Assembly: GCF_009834535.1 (NCBI RefSeq)
Contig: NC_045697.1
Coordinates: 51,214,001-51,278,000, forward strand
Source: Camelus ferus
Lineage: Eukaryota
Reading direction: 5' to 3'
Length of the DNA: 64,000 bases
Shown here: piece by piece, positions 37,797 to 50,399 of the stretch
How the letters are laid out: the number at the start of each line of letters is the position of its first letter
Position numbering within the stretch: position 1 is the first letter of the stretch
Notes under the pieces: generated by a model
Told to the model about the DNA's origin: nothing
The model's database searches: none
Seen by the model: the letters and a program-made list of their open reading frames with translations, nothing else
Translations under genes and position numbers: made by a program

Positions 37797-37895
37797 TTTT
37801 TTTTTTTTTTTAAACGAAGGTACTGGGGATTGAACCCAGGACTTCATGCACACCAAGCATGCTCTCTGCTACTGAGCTATCCCCCTCACTCACTT
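37797..37895 (-). mobile_element. tRNA-Ala-derived SINE (camelid vic-1 type)
   Basis: Minus strand GGGGATAGCTCAGTAGCAGAGAGCATGCTTGG...GTCCTGGGTTCAATCCCCAGTACC plus poly(A); TSD core ACTCTTGG at 37788 and 37896. Confidence 0.9.
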
Positions 37896-38748
37896 ACTCT
37901 TGGTTTTTAAACCAACTTTGTATTCTAGGGATAAACTTCCTTTGGCCATAATGTATGACCTCCTTTTGGATATGGCTAGATTTGGTTTACTAATATCTTA
38001 TGAAGGATTATTATTCTTCACAAGGCATATTGGTCTTTAGTTTTCTTTAAAAAAACCTTTGACTGTTTTTGTGTCGAGAAATGTTATCCTCATAAAGTGG
38101 AAGTATATCTTTCTTTTCTATTTTCTGAAGCTTGTGTATAATTGAATGATTGAATTTACCGGTGAAGCCTTCTGTACCCAGTGTTTTGTTTGTGGGAAAA
38201 TTTTTAATAAAAAATTCACTTTCTTTGGCAGATACATAGCTATTTAGCTTTTTTTCTGGTCAGTTCTGGTAATTTTAAGTCTGGTAAGGAATTTGTCTAT
38301 TTCAATCTAAGTTTAATTAATTGACATAGAGTTGTTCATAATAGTCCTGTACTCTTTAAATAATGGTAAGATCTGTAATAATCTTCCCTCTTTCAATCCT
38401 GATACTGGTAATTTGCATTTTCTCTTTTTATTGGATAGTCTAATATGAAATCTATCAATTTTATTTTTTGTAAACTTCGATTTTCATTTCATGTCATTGA
38501 TTTTTCTGTATTCACTTTCTGTTTCATTGACTTCTACTCATGTGGATTTAATTTGTTCTTATTTTAAATGGAAACTTAGATTATTGTTTTTAATGTTTCT
38601 TTTTTTCTATTATGATATTAAAAGCTATAAATTTTCTTTCTGTGCACTGCTTCAGGTATATACCACAAATTTTTCTGTGTTGTATTTTCATTATTGTTTT
38701 GTTCTCAGTGTTTTATAATTTTTCTTGTGATTTCCTCTTTGAATTATT

Positions 38749-38931
38749 CTGCCTTTCTCAACTGGAATTTCATGGGAGAATTAAGCTCCAGTGCTTAAGA
38801 TATCTCTTTTCTCGTGTGCATGTATAATGATACTGTTTATATATCATCCCTGGGAGAATTGGGAAAATAGTCACTCAAATCATTTTTGGTCATCTGTGGT
38901 TTAGATGAGGAACTATTTTTGAGAAAGGTTC
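38749..38931. mobile_element. hAT-Charlie MITE (MER112-like) within L1
   Basis: Terminal inverted repeats CCTTTCTCAA (38752-38761) and TTGAGAAAGG (38919-38928); internal GGAGAATTAAGC. Confidence 0.6.
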
Positions 38932-41900
38932 TATGGGTCATTTAAAAGTGTTTCATTTCTAAAATGTTGGGATGTTACAGGTTTCCAATTTAATTATGTG
39001 TGGTCAGAGAATATACTATACTATGATTTCACTTGTTTTAACTGTATTGAAACTTGTTTTGTGGTCCCAAATATGGTTCATTTCGGTAAATGTTCCATGC
39101 ATAACTAACAACTGCAGTTGTTAGGATGAATGGGATGAGTGTTCCATAAATGTCAACTAGATTATGTTAGTTAATAATGTTCAAGTCTTTTATATTCTGG
39201 CTGATTTTTCTGTCTACTTGTCTATCAGCTACTGAGAGATGAGTTTTGAAATCTTCAACTGTAATTATAGAGAGGCTCGTTTTTTCTTTCTAATCTGTTG
39301 GGTTTTGCTGCATTGTATTTTGGATCTCTTTTATGAGATACATAAACATTTAGGATTATTGTTTCTTCTTGCTAAATTGATCTTTTTATGTAATTAAATG
39401 TCCATCTTTATCTTTGCTAGTATTCTTCGTTTTGTCAGGATTCTACTTTGTCTGATATTAATAGCTCTACCAACTTTGCTAAGACTAGTGTTTTCAAGAC
39501 ATATTTCTCCATTCTTCTAACCTCTCTCTGTCTTTATATTTAAAACGTGTTTTTTGTAGACAGCAAATAGTTAGCTCTTGCCTTTTTATCCAGAATGTCA
39601 ATCTCTGCCTTTTAATCAGTATATCTGGTCCATTTTCACTGCATGTAATTACCAGTATTTTATGTTTGAGTCTGCTATCTTGCTAGTTGTTTTCTGTTTG
39701 TCCCATTTGTTATTGCTCCTTTTTTCCACTGTTCGTGTATTTTACTTGATTATTTTTATTACCTTTTTTGCTTTATTACCTCTTTTTATTATTTTTAGGT
39801 AGTTGTTTTAGGGTTTGCAGTATAGATGTTTTAACCTATAGCTGCCTTCATATACTAATACACCACTTCATGCTTCATATATAAAAACCTTATAATTGTA
39901 TATTTTACTTATCCTATGTCTCTTATGGGATTATTGTTATATATTTTTTCTACGTATGTTATGAATCTCCAGAATAGAGTGTTGTTATTTAAAGATATTT
40001 TCTTAAATGAGGAAAGGGAATACACATATTTTTTATATCATTTCTGATATTCATTACATGAATCCAGTTTTATTAATTATCAATTTGAAGAATTCCCATC
40101 CACTTGAATAATTTTCCTTGATGTTTCTTATAGTGCAGGTCTGCTGACAAAAATTTTCTAAGATTTTGTCTATAAATATCTATTTCCTCTTATGTTTGAA
40201 GTGTATTTTAACTGTATATTGTGTTCTTGGTTGTAAGATTTTTTTCTTTCAGCACTTCAAAATAGAATCTTTCTTTTGTCTTCTGGCGTCCATTCTGTTT
40301 GATAAGAAGTCAGTAGTCATTCTTATCTTTCTTCCTTTGTACACACTGTCTTTTTTCCTCTGGCTGTTGTAAGATTTTTTTTTTCTTTATTATTGATTTT
40401 CAGTGGGTTTATTGTTACATGCCTTGGTGCAGTTTTCTTTGTGTTTATCCTGCTTGAAATTTGTTGAGCTTACTGAATTTGAGTTTATATTTTTCTCTTT
40501 ATAAGAATTTCTCAGCATTATTTCTTCAAGTATTTTTTCTACCCTCCTCCTCCTCTCTTCCTGGGATTCCAGTTACACAAGGTAACATTGCCTCTGTACA
40601 TTTTTTCAGCCTTTTGTCTCTTGATGCTTTAGTTTGAATAATTTCTATTGCTCTGTCTCAAGTTCATTGGTCTTTTCTTCTGCAGTTTCATCCAAGGAAT
40701 TTTTATATGTCATTCAGTGAATTTTTTTATAACAAATACTGTATTTTTCAGCTATGTAAATTTTGTTTGATCTTTTATTTTTATAGATTTTATTTCTCTC
40801 TTCAATATGTCCACATTTTTCTTTGAATCCTTGAGCATATTTAAAAGAGCTTAAAAGTCCTTGTCTGTTAATTCCATGCTTGTCATTTCAAGGTCTGTTT
40901 CTTTTTATGTTTTTCCCCTAGTTATGCGACATAATTTCTTGCTTCTTTGCAAGTCCAGTAACTTTTCTTTGATGCTTAACACTGTGATATTACATTGTCA
41001 GAAAATGTCTGAATATTGTTGTCTTTCTTTAAAAAGTATTGAATTTATTTTTGGCCAGCAGGTTACTTGCAGATAAGCTTCATTCTTTTGAAGCTTATTT
41101 TAAGCATTTTTATATCATCTTTCTAGTATTCTAGTAGAGTAGTCCTTCTCATTTGTATGTGTGGCCTTTCTGGATTCTGTACCAGATACCCCAGGTATTC
41201 AGAGAAATCCTTTTCCTATAGCTAGTTGAATCTTAATGTATCCCAACTCTGCAGGAGCTCCTATAGTTATTAGGTCATAATTCCCTGATGGTTCTATTCC
41301 AGGTTCTTCTCACCAGTTTTCTGCCCTACAAATTTTAGCTTTTTCAGCTTCTCTAATCTCTCCAATGGTCATTGTCTTCTGAACTAAATAGAACTTGAGT
41401 TCTCTGCCTTATTTTCCTCAAGTACTGCTGGCTATAACAAAAAGATGGGGAAGTTGTAGGCTTCACTTTATTTTTTTCCAGTCATCATATTTTTATTTTG
41501 CCTGCTGTCCATTGTCTGAAAAGAGATGGGAAGCTTAGTCAAGTACTATTTACTTTGCTGTGGCTATAAACCATATAATCACTATATTTAAACTTCTGGA
41601 TTGTGGAGAGAATTATACTAAAATAGACTGAGTAAGCTGTGGCAAATTTGCATTGAAATATCTTTTGTGGCTAATAGGGTGCCACATCTTATAATCTTTC
41701 TAGCCCTCATCTGTTTAGTTATAAAGTCATTTCATATTGTGTACATGCAGTATTTACTCAACAGATAACAGTGTCAAGCAGTTCCAGTTGCGGATGCATG
41801 TGGCACAACTGACTGCCAGTGTTAACTCTTGATAGTGTACTGTGTTTGTATAGCAGCATCTAATATGCTTATGTTTCATAGTACATATTAAGGAGGCCTG

Positions 41901-42049
41901 AACATACTTAGTGAAAAATTCTAAAAATTGCTCTCAGCTTCCTATGTTTAGAAAAGTAAATACATTTTGAAGCAATTTAAAATAAACTGTTTCAGGTTAC
42001 TACTAATGGCAAACACTCTATTGTCAATTGTTTAGGAATAGGATGGAAA

Positions 42050-43050
42050 ACTTTATTAATTGTAAAATCTCAGAAAACTTGGAAAATATAGAATGGTTCA
42101 AATAAAGTTAAAATGAACAATGTTATTATGGTATATGTTTCCTTTCAGTCCATTCTCTGTGCAAATACAGATATATCACCTTTTTTATAAATTGGGACCA
42201 TATTGTTTTAAAGTATTATATATCTTGATTTTTCCCGCTTCTATGTTATTTATTTTCTATGTCCTTAAATATTTGCTGGAAGTATCAATTTAAATAAATC
42301 TTTCAAAATTATCTTTTTTTTGGATATTATAAATAATTCTGCAATGAGTGTTTTTCTGTGCTTCCTCTGGATTTCAGAAAATTTCTAGTAGATTTCTAGT
42401 TCAAGGGATATGGATTTTGAAACTTTTGTTAATTACATTAATACATATTCATTGTAAAGATTTTGAAGCATATAGGAAAAATACAGCATTTTAATATTTA
42501 CATCTCAATTTTTTGCTCACATCTGAATTTTTACTAGACTTGAGAATTTTGTGTCCTAACCTTTAACATATACATGCCTTGAGCTTTTTTCTATTTTATT
42601 AATTTTTCTGAAAATGATTCTTTTGGTGATTTCGTACTGTTCTAGCTTGAGAATATAACTTACTGTGAATTTATATTATTTGTTATCTAGGTTATTTCTA
42701 GTTTTTCTACTAGAAAAACATTTGTTAAATGTCTTCTGGCCATTTTGCTAGGGAAAAATGGCTTTATGTTTTGAGAGAATCTTTATGTATTGATATGAAT
42801 CTTTTCAAATGTGGTAAATTTTTTTTCTGAGATTATTATTTACATTTTTTATAAGTTTTTTTGCAAAACCTTTTTATATAAAAGTGTCTTCTTTTCCTTT
42901 GTAATTAATTTCTCTTCTTTTATATTTAAAAACAGATTTTTCCCCTTAATATTCATCTATATGTTTTTTAACTCAGTCTTACTAGAATTAATTTTATATT
43001 GTAATACATGGTGTGATAAGTAAGACTGTCAACTTTTTTCTCCCAGCACC
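42050..43050 (-). mobile_element. Highly diverged L1ME-like fragments
   Basis: ATTATAAATAATTCTGCAATGAG...TCAAGGGATATGGATTTTG; CCCAGCACCATTTA. Confidence 0.45.
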
Positions 43051-43632
43051 ATTTAAGCAGGTGATTAATTAGTGAGGCCATACCTTTTATATTCCAGGAT
43101 ACCTATTCTTTACAGAATTACTACTTTTTTAACCAGGATTGGCTAAATCCTATGAATAATCCTTGAGTAAAAACAGAGCTTGACATTCAGTAGATCTGTA
43201 GTTAAACTTGAACACTAGTCCCCCAAAGGGATATATACATTTGGCATTACAGTTGTACTCGTGATAACAATCTAACTGCTGATGGAGAGGAGAGAGTAAT
43301 CATAGTGGTGGTTGAGGTGGGGTTATCTGAAAGGTAGGGGTGGATGCCTGATTACAAGAGTCCAGTGATCCAGTTTTATCCATCAGTTCTTAGCATAGTG
43401 CTGAGTATATTAGAGGTATTTTGATGTGTTTGTTTAATAACTGAGAGGAAGCATGAGAAAGAAAAGTTCTGATGTCTTTTATGTGATTGATAAAATGTTT
43501 GGCTGTTTTTGAATGTAAACTAAAGCTAACAGCCGTTAGGATAACTAAATGCCTTTCAATTAAAAGAAGTTATTTTTGTCTTCATATATTAAACTACTTT
43601 CATGATGGAGCTATTAATTTTTATTTTTTAGA

Positions 43633-43800
43633 CTGTGGTTTAATCTTGGTCTTGCATTCGTATTAAACTGGGGGCTTCTAGAAATTCTTATACCCAACCC
43701 ATACTCCAGAATGATTAAATCAGAGTATCTGAGGATATGGCAGGCATCAGTACTTTTTCTGTTAATTCTAGTGTGTAGCTAAAGTTGAGAACCATTACTC
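43633..43800. mobile_element. MER5-family hAT-Charlie MITE
   Basis: ATTAAATCAGAGTATCTGAGG...GGCATCAGTACTTTTT...AAAGTTGAGAACCATT. Confidence 0.7.
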
Positions 43801-43852
43801 TAAGGCTGTAGATAAAGAGAATTTAAAGCAATGTGCCCCAGAATTCTCCAAG

Positions 43853-44231
43853 TGTCTCAGTCAATTGAGGCTGCTATAATAACGTATTACAGACTGAGTG
43901 GTTTGTAAACAACAGAAATTTATGGCTGATAGTTCTGGAGGCTATAAGTCTGAGATCTCAGGGTGCCAGTGTGGTGTCAGGTTCTACTGAAGACCCTCCT
44001 CCATGTTGTAGACAGCTGACTTCTTGTACTTTCATGTGGTGGAGAGCAAAGATAGGAAGCAAGTTCTCTTAAGACTCTTATAAGGGCATTAGTCCCATTC
44101 ATGAAGGCTCTATCCTCATGACATCTAATCCTAATTACTTCCCAAAGGCCTCACCTTTTAATACCATTACATTGTGGGGTATATCTGAACGTATGATTTT
44201 AGGAGGGACACAAGGATTTTGGTCCATAGCA
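43853..44231 (-). mobile_element. MaLR solo LTR, MLT1A-type, with perfect 5-bp TSD
   Basis: TG...CA termini, TSD CCAAG at 43848-43852 and 44232-44236, and ACAACAGAAATTTAT...AGTTCTGGAGGCT...CTCTTATAAGGGCATTA motifs. Confidence 0.92.
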
Positions 44232-44734
44232 CCAAGGAAGTAAAATTGCTTCTTTATTTTATGTTAAATGGAAAGCAGACCTTTGAATTCGCTGTCACTT
44301 TCTAAAAAAAATTCAGATGGGGAAATTCTGTAGTCTGTTATGATAGACTTTTTCAGTATTTAAATAGTCTGGACAATAATGTTCCTTTTGTGTTTTATAA
44401 TACAAATCTATTTTGTTCTGTAATTAATGCACACAGAGACAAAGCTCTTCTGTGTTTCTTTTAGGATTCTGAAATTAATGATGGATTAAAAATATGAGTA
44501 AATCTCTGTTAGCACAAGAACATTTTTGTGTTTAATATTTTTTTAGCTTCAAAAAAGGATGTATACTCAACTGTATAAATGTTCGTTGCAATAATACTCT
44601 AGATGAAAAAGATATGCTTCATGGATATACTCTGTCAGAAAATTTTTTAAGGTGATGAAAGCTATGGAAAGCATAGAGATACATTTCAGAGTATCCAAGT
44701 AAAGGACTTGTCAAAGTTAAATATCTTTAGTGAT

Positions 44735-45110
44735 ACGATTCAACATATATTTATCGACTGCCTCCTAGGTGTCCTGCACTGCTCCTGGCTTAGACTGCAG
44801 CTGTGAAAAAGACAGATGAAGTTCCTACTTTGTAGGAACTTATATTTTAGTTGAGAAGACTGACAATATATAATTTGACTAGAAAATAAATAATACAATT
44901 TAATATTGGCATTGATACTATTAAAAAGTGAAGTCAAGATGATGGGATAGACTGTGACAGAGAGGAGTAGCTATTTTGTTCATGGGCTGAGAAAATAATA
45001 CTCTGAGGAATGACTAATTTAAACAGAAACCTGAATGTTGAGAATAAGCTAGTTATTTGAAAATCTTAGTGATTCCAGGCAGAGGGAATTGTAGTTATAC
45101 ATTCCTGGGG
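44735..45110 (-). mobile_element. L2 (L2a-like) 3' portion
   Basis: ATTCAACATATATTTATCGACTGCCTCCTAGGTGTCCTGCACTGCTC...ATTCCAGGCAGAGGGAA. Confidence 0.8.
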
Positions 45111-48100
45111 TATGCCTCTATAGTTAATGTTTTGAAGGGGATTAGAAGAAGTAGAATTAAATAGAATATTTTATATAAGTTAATGGAAAATTGAGACATG
45201 TTTTCTTCAGTTAAATACGGGATTTCTTGCTGGAAGGTGCCTGGGAGACTGACATTTTCTTTGTCCTGATGGCTTTTTTTGTTGTTGTTGTTGTTCTTTT
45301 GTTCTTTTTTAATCCCCTCCCATTTTCCTCCTTTCCTTCTCTTTTTACCCTACTCCCACCCTCACCCTGCCTCCCCAGTGTGCCTGGGCAGGGTGCAGAG
45401 GCAGGCTACATTTCTTAGCAACCTATAGTGAAGGGCCCAGGGCAAGCATCAAAATAATTTCTGTGGTATAATCACTGATGTCCTGTTGTCATAACTTGAG
45501 GCAAATAGAGCCATGAATAGGAGATGTGTTGGGAAGACAGCGAGGATTGTTTAGAATGTTCTATAGCTACTTCTTCTTGGATTTGCTCACAAAAAGTAAG
45601 AATTCATTAAGATTTTTGATACCAAACTCTTCAAATTTTTGTATATCTTCTAATATAAGTTTTAGGTCACCTTTCTTAGCTAGGATATTTCACCTTCACA
45701 TTTTTAAAGATTTGTGATTTGTTATGTTCATGACTCATCTAATTTAGTATGTATTCATTGGAGAATGTATTTGGGTATCATTTTGGGAAAGGATAGCTTT
45801 GATTTTGTTGGGGGATATGTGGTAGGTGCCAGATGTCCAATAGAAGAAATTTTGTAATTTTGGTATAATCTCCTTCGTGATTTGGGGTGAAGTTGTAGTA
45901 TACTAAATTATCTTAATTTTCTTTCTCTGATATTAGACTGTTTATACTAAGGAATTACTTCTTGAGTTATTAATCATGACTCATGGGGCTTTTGACATTT
46001 GAACTATCTCTTTTCTTTTACAAAAATATGGATTTTGGATGAGGTTTTGCATATGCATGTATATTTCAAAGCCATTTTTCCAGCATATCATATAGACAAC
46101 TTAGCCACATTTAAGAAGTCTTGAGCTTTGAGTGTCAAGTAGACATATTTTTAAATAATCTGACTCTATCAAAAAGAACATATTGCTGATGGCTATTCAG
46201 TTAATTTATTGGGTGTGTGTTTGCAATGAAACAGGATTTTCGTTTGCAATGAGAAACTAAAGTAAATAATGTGTTTGGATTATTTAAGGAGTTCAGTATG
46301 TAGACTTAAATATTTTTATTGCTCATTAAATCATAATTTGTATTATTTTATTATCATGACTCTAGGATCAAAGTCAAGGATATTTTAGTAAAACTTTTCT
46401 GCTCCATTGAATGTTTCTTTAAAACAAGTGAATACTCGTATACAATTAATAAGTAGATGGAATGATCATATGTTTCAATTTGCTTCTGACAATTTCAGTT
46501 TATACTTGTTTTCTTGAGGTAATTTGAAAAATGTTTTGATTTAGATTATATATATATGGATACCTAAAGTTAGGTGAATGATGGCAGTATAACTTTGAGG
46601 TTACATTGATTTGTATACAGTTTTTCCCAGTATTTTTATGTTTTGTACAATCAGATGATAGGGGCTGAATGTAAAGTATACTAACACACTTGAATACACC
46701 AAGTCAAAGAGTAGATAATATATTTAATGTGATGCTCATTCACCTGAGTTTTTTTGTCCTGGTTCAGTTTGGCTGAATGATATTTCTTGAAAGTGCTATT
46801 ACAGTGTTCTCTTTTCTTTTAAAAGTTAAGAAATATTTACTGTAGTATTTCTTTATTTGTAGTGTTCTGATTAGAGTTGCTTAAATTTTGAGTGAAGTGT
46901 CCCCAATCCTATTTTTTCCCTATGTCATATTATTTTTAATGTGCTAATTTACAGAATGTGAGGTTTATCAGGATGCATTCATTGTGTTATAGCACAATTC
47001 TCTGTGCTGTAAATATTTGATAAACTTTGATTTCCATAATGTAAACAGCGTTCAGTATATGACTATAGGAATATAAGACTTGAGTGGTATTTGCATAATA
47101 ACTGCTTTCCTACCTTCTACCACAAGCGCCCTTATTGTGGGTGGGATGTATTAGCAACACAAGATCTAACAACTATTTCAGAGCTGCACAGTTTAGAGTG
47201 ATTGATGGAGAGTTGGAGGCTCAAAGGGTGCTATCCTGAGTTCTAAATAACCAGCAGACAAATAGAACATTTGAGTTAGAGAATGCTTATAGATCTCTTT
47301 CTAAAAATTGAGTTTATTAATTTCTTTCAAACATTTTAAATGTAGTAAATAAAATATGCTGTATCTGTGACATTTAGATGTGTGAAGTGCTGTGGTGGAA
47401 ACAGATTTAGTAGAGACAGATCCTGCCAATCAGGAGTTACTGATCTCATTGAGACTCACATCCAGATTAATAAGCTAATAAACAATATCTGTTGAGTACA
47501 GCTGGCCATGAAGATTCTTTTAATAATGCAAGTGATAATTAATTTTTAATCTTTGTAATTTAAAATATTTAAATTTCATATTTGCTTAAATTCACTGCAC
47601 AGTAGTCCTATTCTTAGGATGAAGACAAGACTTTTGTGGAAACACCATGTGACTCAAACTGCATACCTCCTGCTTCTTGTCTGCCAGCAGGCAACAAACT
47701 CAGTGAATTAGAAAGTAAGATTTCAGTGGGGAAACCAAGACAGGGCAAGTTATGATTAGTTCTATAGTTTGAGGGTATTTTCCCTACACATGTGTTTTCA
47801 TGATTGTTATTTTCATGTATGTCTAGTAAAACTATTCCAAAATAAGAGTTAATGACATCTTACAAAGAGCAGCAAATTTCCAGGGGCCATTTGAGTAATT
47901 TTTGTGAACCTTTTACCAGGTCATGCCAAAAAATCCCCACAAACTTAGTTATGGAAAGCTTTTAATGTATCAGTCCTTTGAAATGATTCTTGGGGTCAGT
48001 GCTAAGCAATGAATTGAGTTAGTTGATAATAGCTACTTAAATATAAACTTCAGGATATAGAGGAGCTACTAAAATGTCTACATACTTTATGAAGTAATTT

Positions 48101-49099
48101 TGAAAAATATTGATTCTTGTTCACGCTGACATTTTATGAAATAATTTTATTTTTGATTCTTGACATGTACCTTGACGTAAATGTCTTTAACACTTAACGT
48201 TTTGGGTCATTAGCACAGCTTGTCAGAACACATCTTTCCTTCAGTTTAAGATTAGTGAGATAAAGTACTTTTGCAGCTGTGATAAACATCTGTTCATATA
48301 ACTTTAAGACACCTGGGGTTTTCATTTTTCTTCTGTCTATTCTTGATTTCTACAGTGAAATCATTTACCAAGTAGTTTTAAAATGTGATCCAGCATTTAG
48401 AATTGAAGACTGGGAATAAATTTTTAACCCTGTTACATTTCTTTCCTTTAGAAAAATTATCATGTGAATTTTACATATACTTATATCCTAGTATTATTTG
48501 GGCTAATGTGTCATCCCCAAATAAGGAAGCATACAATGTGACTGCCCCTTTTCCAAAGCATTTTTTGATATGGGTGGAGGAGGGTAAGCATTGCTTTACA
48601 TTTGGTTGTATATTACTATTTGGCTTCTGTGTGCAAATTCAGATTTTATGACTAATTTCTATGCAAAATACAATTAATTTTAAAATTAGAAAGTATCTTT
48701 CTGTAAGTTCATTGAGATTGATAATACAAATGTTCTAAAGCCTCACCTAAGAAAGAGTTAACATTTTTTTCTACCTTTAGGATTTTGAAACTTAGGGAAA
48801 ATCACAAATGAGCAGAAGTAGAGTCTATTCTTATTACAGGCATAAAAATGAACCTTTTAAAAACTACCTTTTGACTCACTTAAAGCAAAACGAATGAGTA
48901 GAGAAAACTATTACAATAGGTAGCAGTAATCTGTTCCAGTAATTACTCAAATAAAAATTTGATTGAAATTTATCAGATTCGATACATATATATTTATGAA
49001 TTCAAGTAAGCAAGTATCTAATGTCCTAATGTTACTGCTGCTCACCATCATTTGACATGCCGAGAATATTCTTGTTAGATTTCACCTAGATGTTGGAAA

Positions 49100-49347
49100 T
49101 TGTTTATTCAGCAACTATTTTATTAAGCACCTGTAGTGTTCTTAGAACTTGGTTACATAAGTGACTGAGACATCATAATCCTTGACACCTTGGAACATTG
49201 TAAAGACTTTGACATTGATTTAAGTGAAATGGGAACCATTGGTCAGTTTTGAACAAAAGAGTGATAAGATCTGCTTTAGCTTTTCAAAAGAATTGGAATA
49301 CATAGAAATCTAACTCTTAATTATTTGTGCCTGATTAAGTTTTAGGG

Positions 49348-49378
<31 letters not shown>

Positions 49379-49950
49379 CATATATATAATTTATATAGGG
49401 TTCAATTTGTGGAATGATAGTCTACTGAAAATCCTCTCCTCTGTTGCTGCCCCCTGTAAAGTATTATCTCTGAGCAGTGAAGCCAATGAGAAGATGAAGA
49501 TAGTAAAGACAAGGTTCTATACTTTCCTCTGAGAAAAAGTAAAGCAGGATTAAGACCTTTCTTTTCTTGGAGATGGGGAAGAGAGCACAGAAAAATATCA
49601 TTTTAAGATATGTTTAATTGATGTGTCTATAGCACATCCAGGAAGAGATATCTAGTGGTTTAGATAATACTGAACTGAAGCTCAGCAGAGAAGTCCGTTT
49701 GGGAGAGAGAAATATTTGAAAATTATCAGTAGAATAAGTCATAGTTAAAACTTGTGTTTATAGATGACATTACCTTGCTGTATAAGTTAAGCAAAAAGAA
49801 AGAAACAAGATAGAATGAAGAGGACATATCAGTATTTAAATGAGTTAGCCAAGAAAGAGAAACTCAGAAGGTCCTGATTACAAAATATTTGAGATGATGT
49901 GCACATTTAATTGTGAACTGAACAGGAAAGAAATGATCTAGAAGGGAACA
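49100..49950 (-). mobile_element. L2 fragments
   Basis: TTATTCAGCAACTATTTTATTAAGCACC; AATGGGAACCATTGG...TTTTGAACA; CTGAAGCTCAGCAGAGAAGTC. Confidence 0.55.
49349..49374. repeat. (TG)n microsatellite followed by a TA-rich run
   Basis: Seen directly in the sequence. Confidence 0.95.
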
Positions 49951-50399
49951 TCTAAGCTGAATGAAAGTGGAAAGGTATAGGGTCCTAGCATGCAGTTAAA
50001 TATGGATTTAATAGATAATAAAATGATAGAATTAGAGATGCTAGATATTAAAATGTAAAATTTCAGAGTTAGAAAAAGATATAAATGTTCAATGGTTAAC
50101 CACGAGAGTAGATTATCATTGATTAGGTGGTATTTAAGATCCTTTCCACCTTTAAAATTTTAAGATTCTTGGCGTGGAGCATTCATATTTTTCTCTGTTA
50201 AATGTCAAAGAAAAATTGATACTAGTAATCTTGCTTTTTAATTGACTTAAATTTCCTCATATTTGATGTTTATTTAATAATACAATTTTATTATTTTTTA
50301 TCATTTTTTGATAATACAACTTTGGTACAGTATGGCTTTCTGTCAATTATCTCCATTGAATTTAAAACTCCTATAAAACTTTGGAAATAATTTGATTTT

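Larger units (their letters stand above)
36550..41560 (-). mobile_element. Long degraded L1 (L1M/L1MC-like; ORF2 through ORF1/5' region) hosting three later insertions
   Basis: Continuous antisense L1 motifs (AAAATGTTGAATAGAATTGGTGA, GTGGTCAGAGAATATACT, TTGTCTGATATTAATAGC, CATTATTTCTTCAAGTATTTTTTC). Confidence 0.85.
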
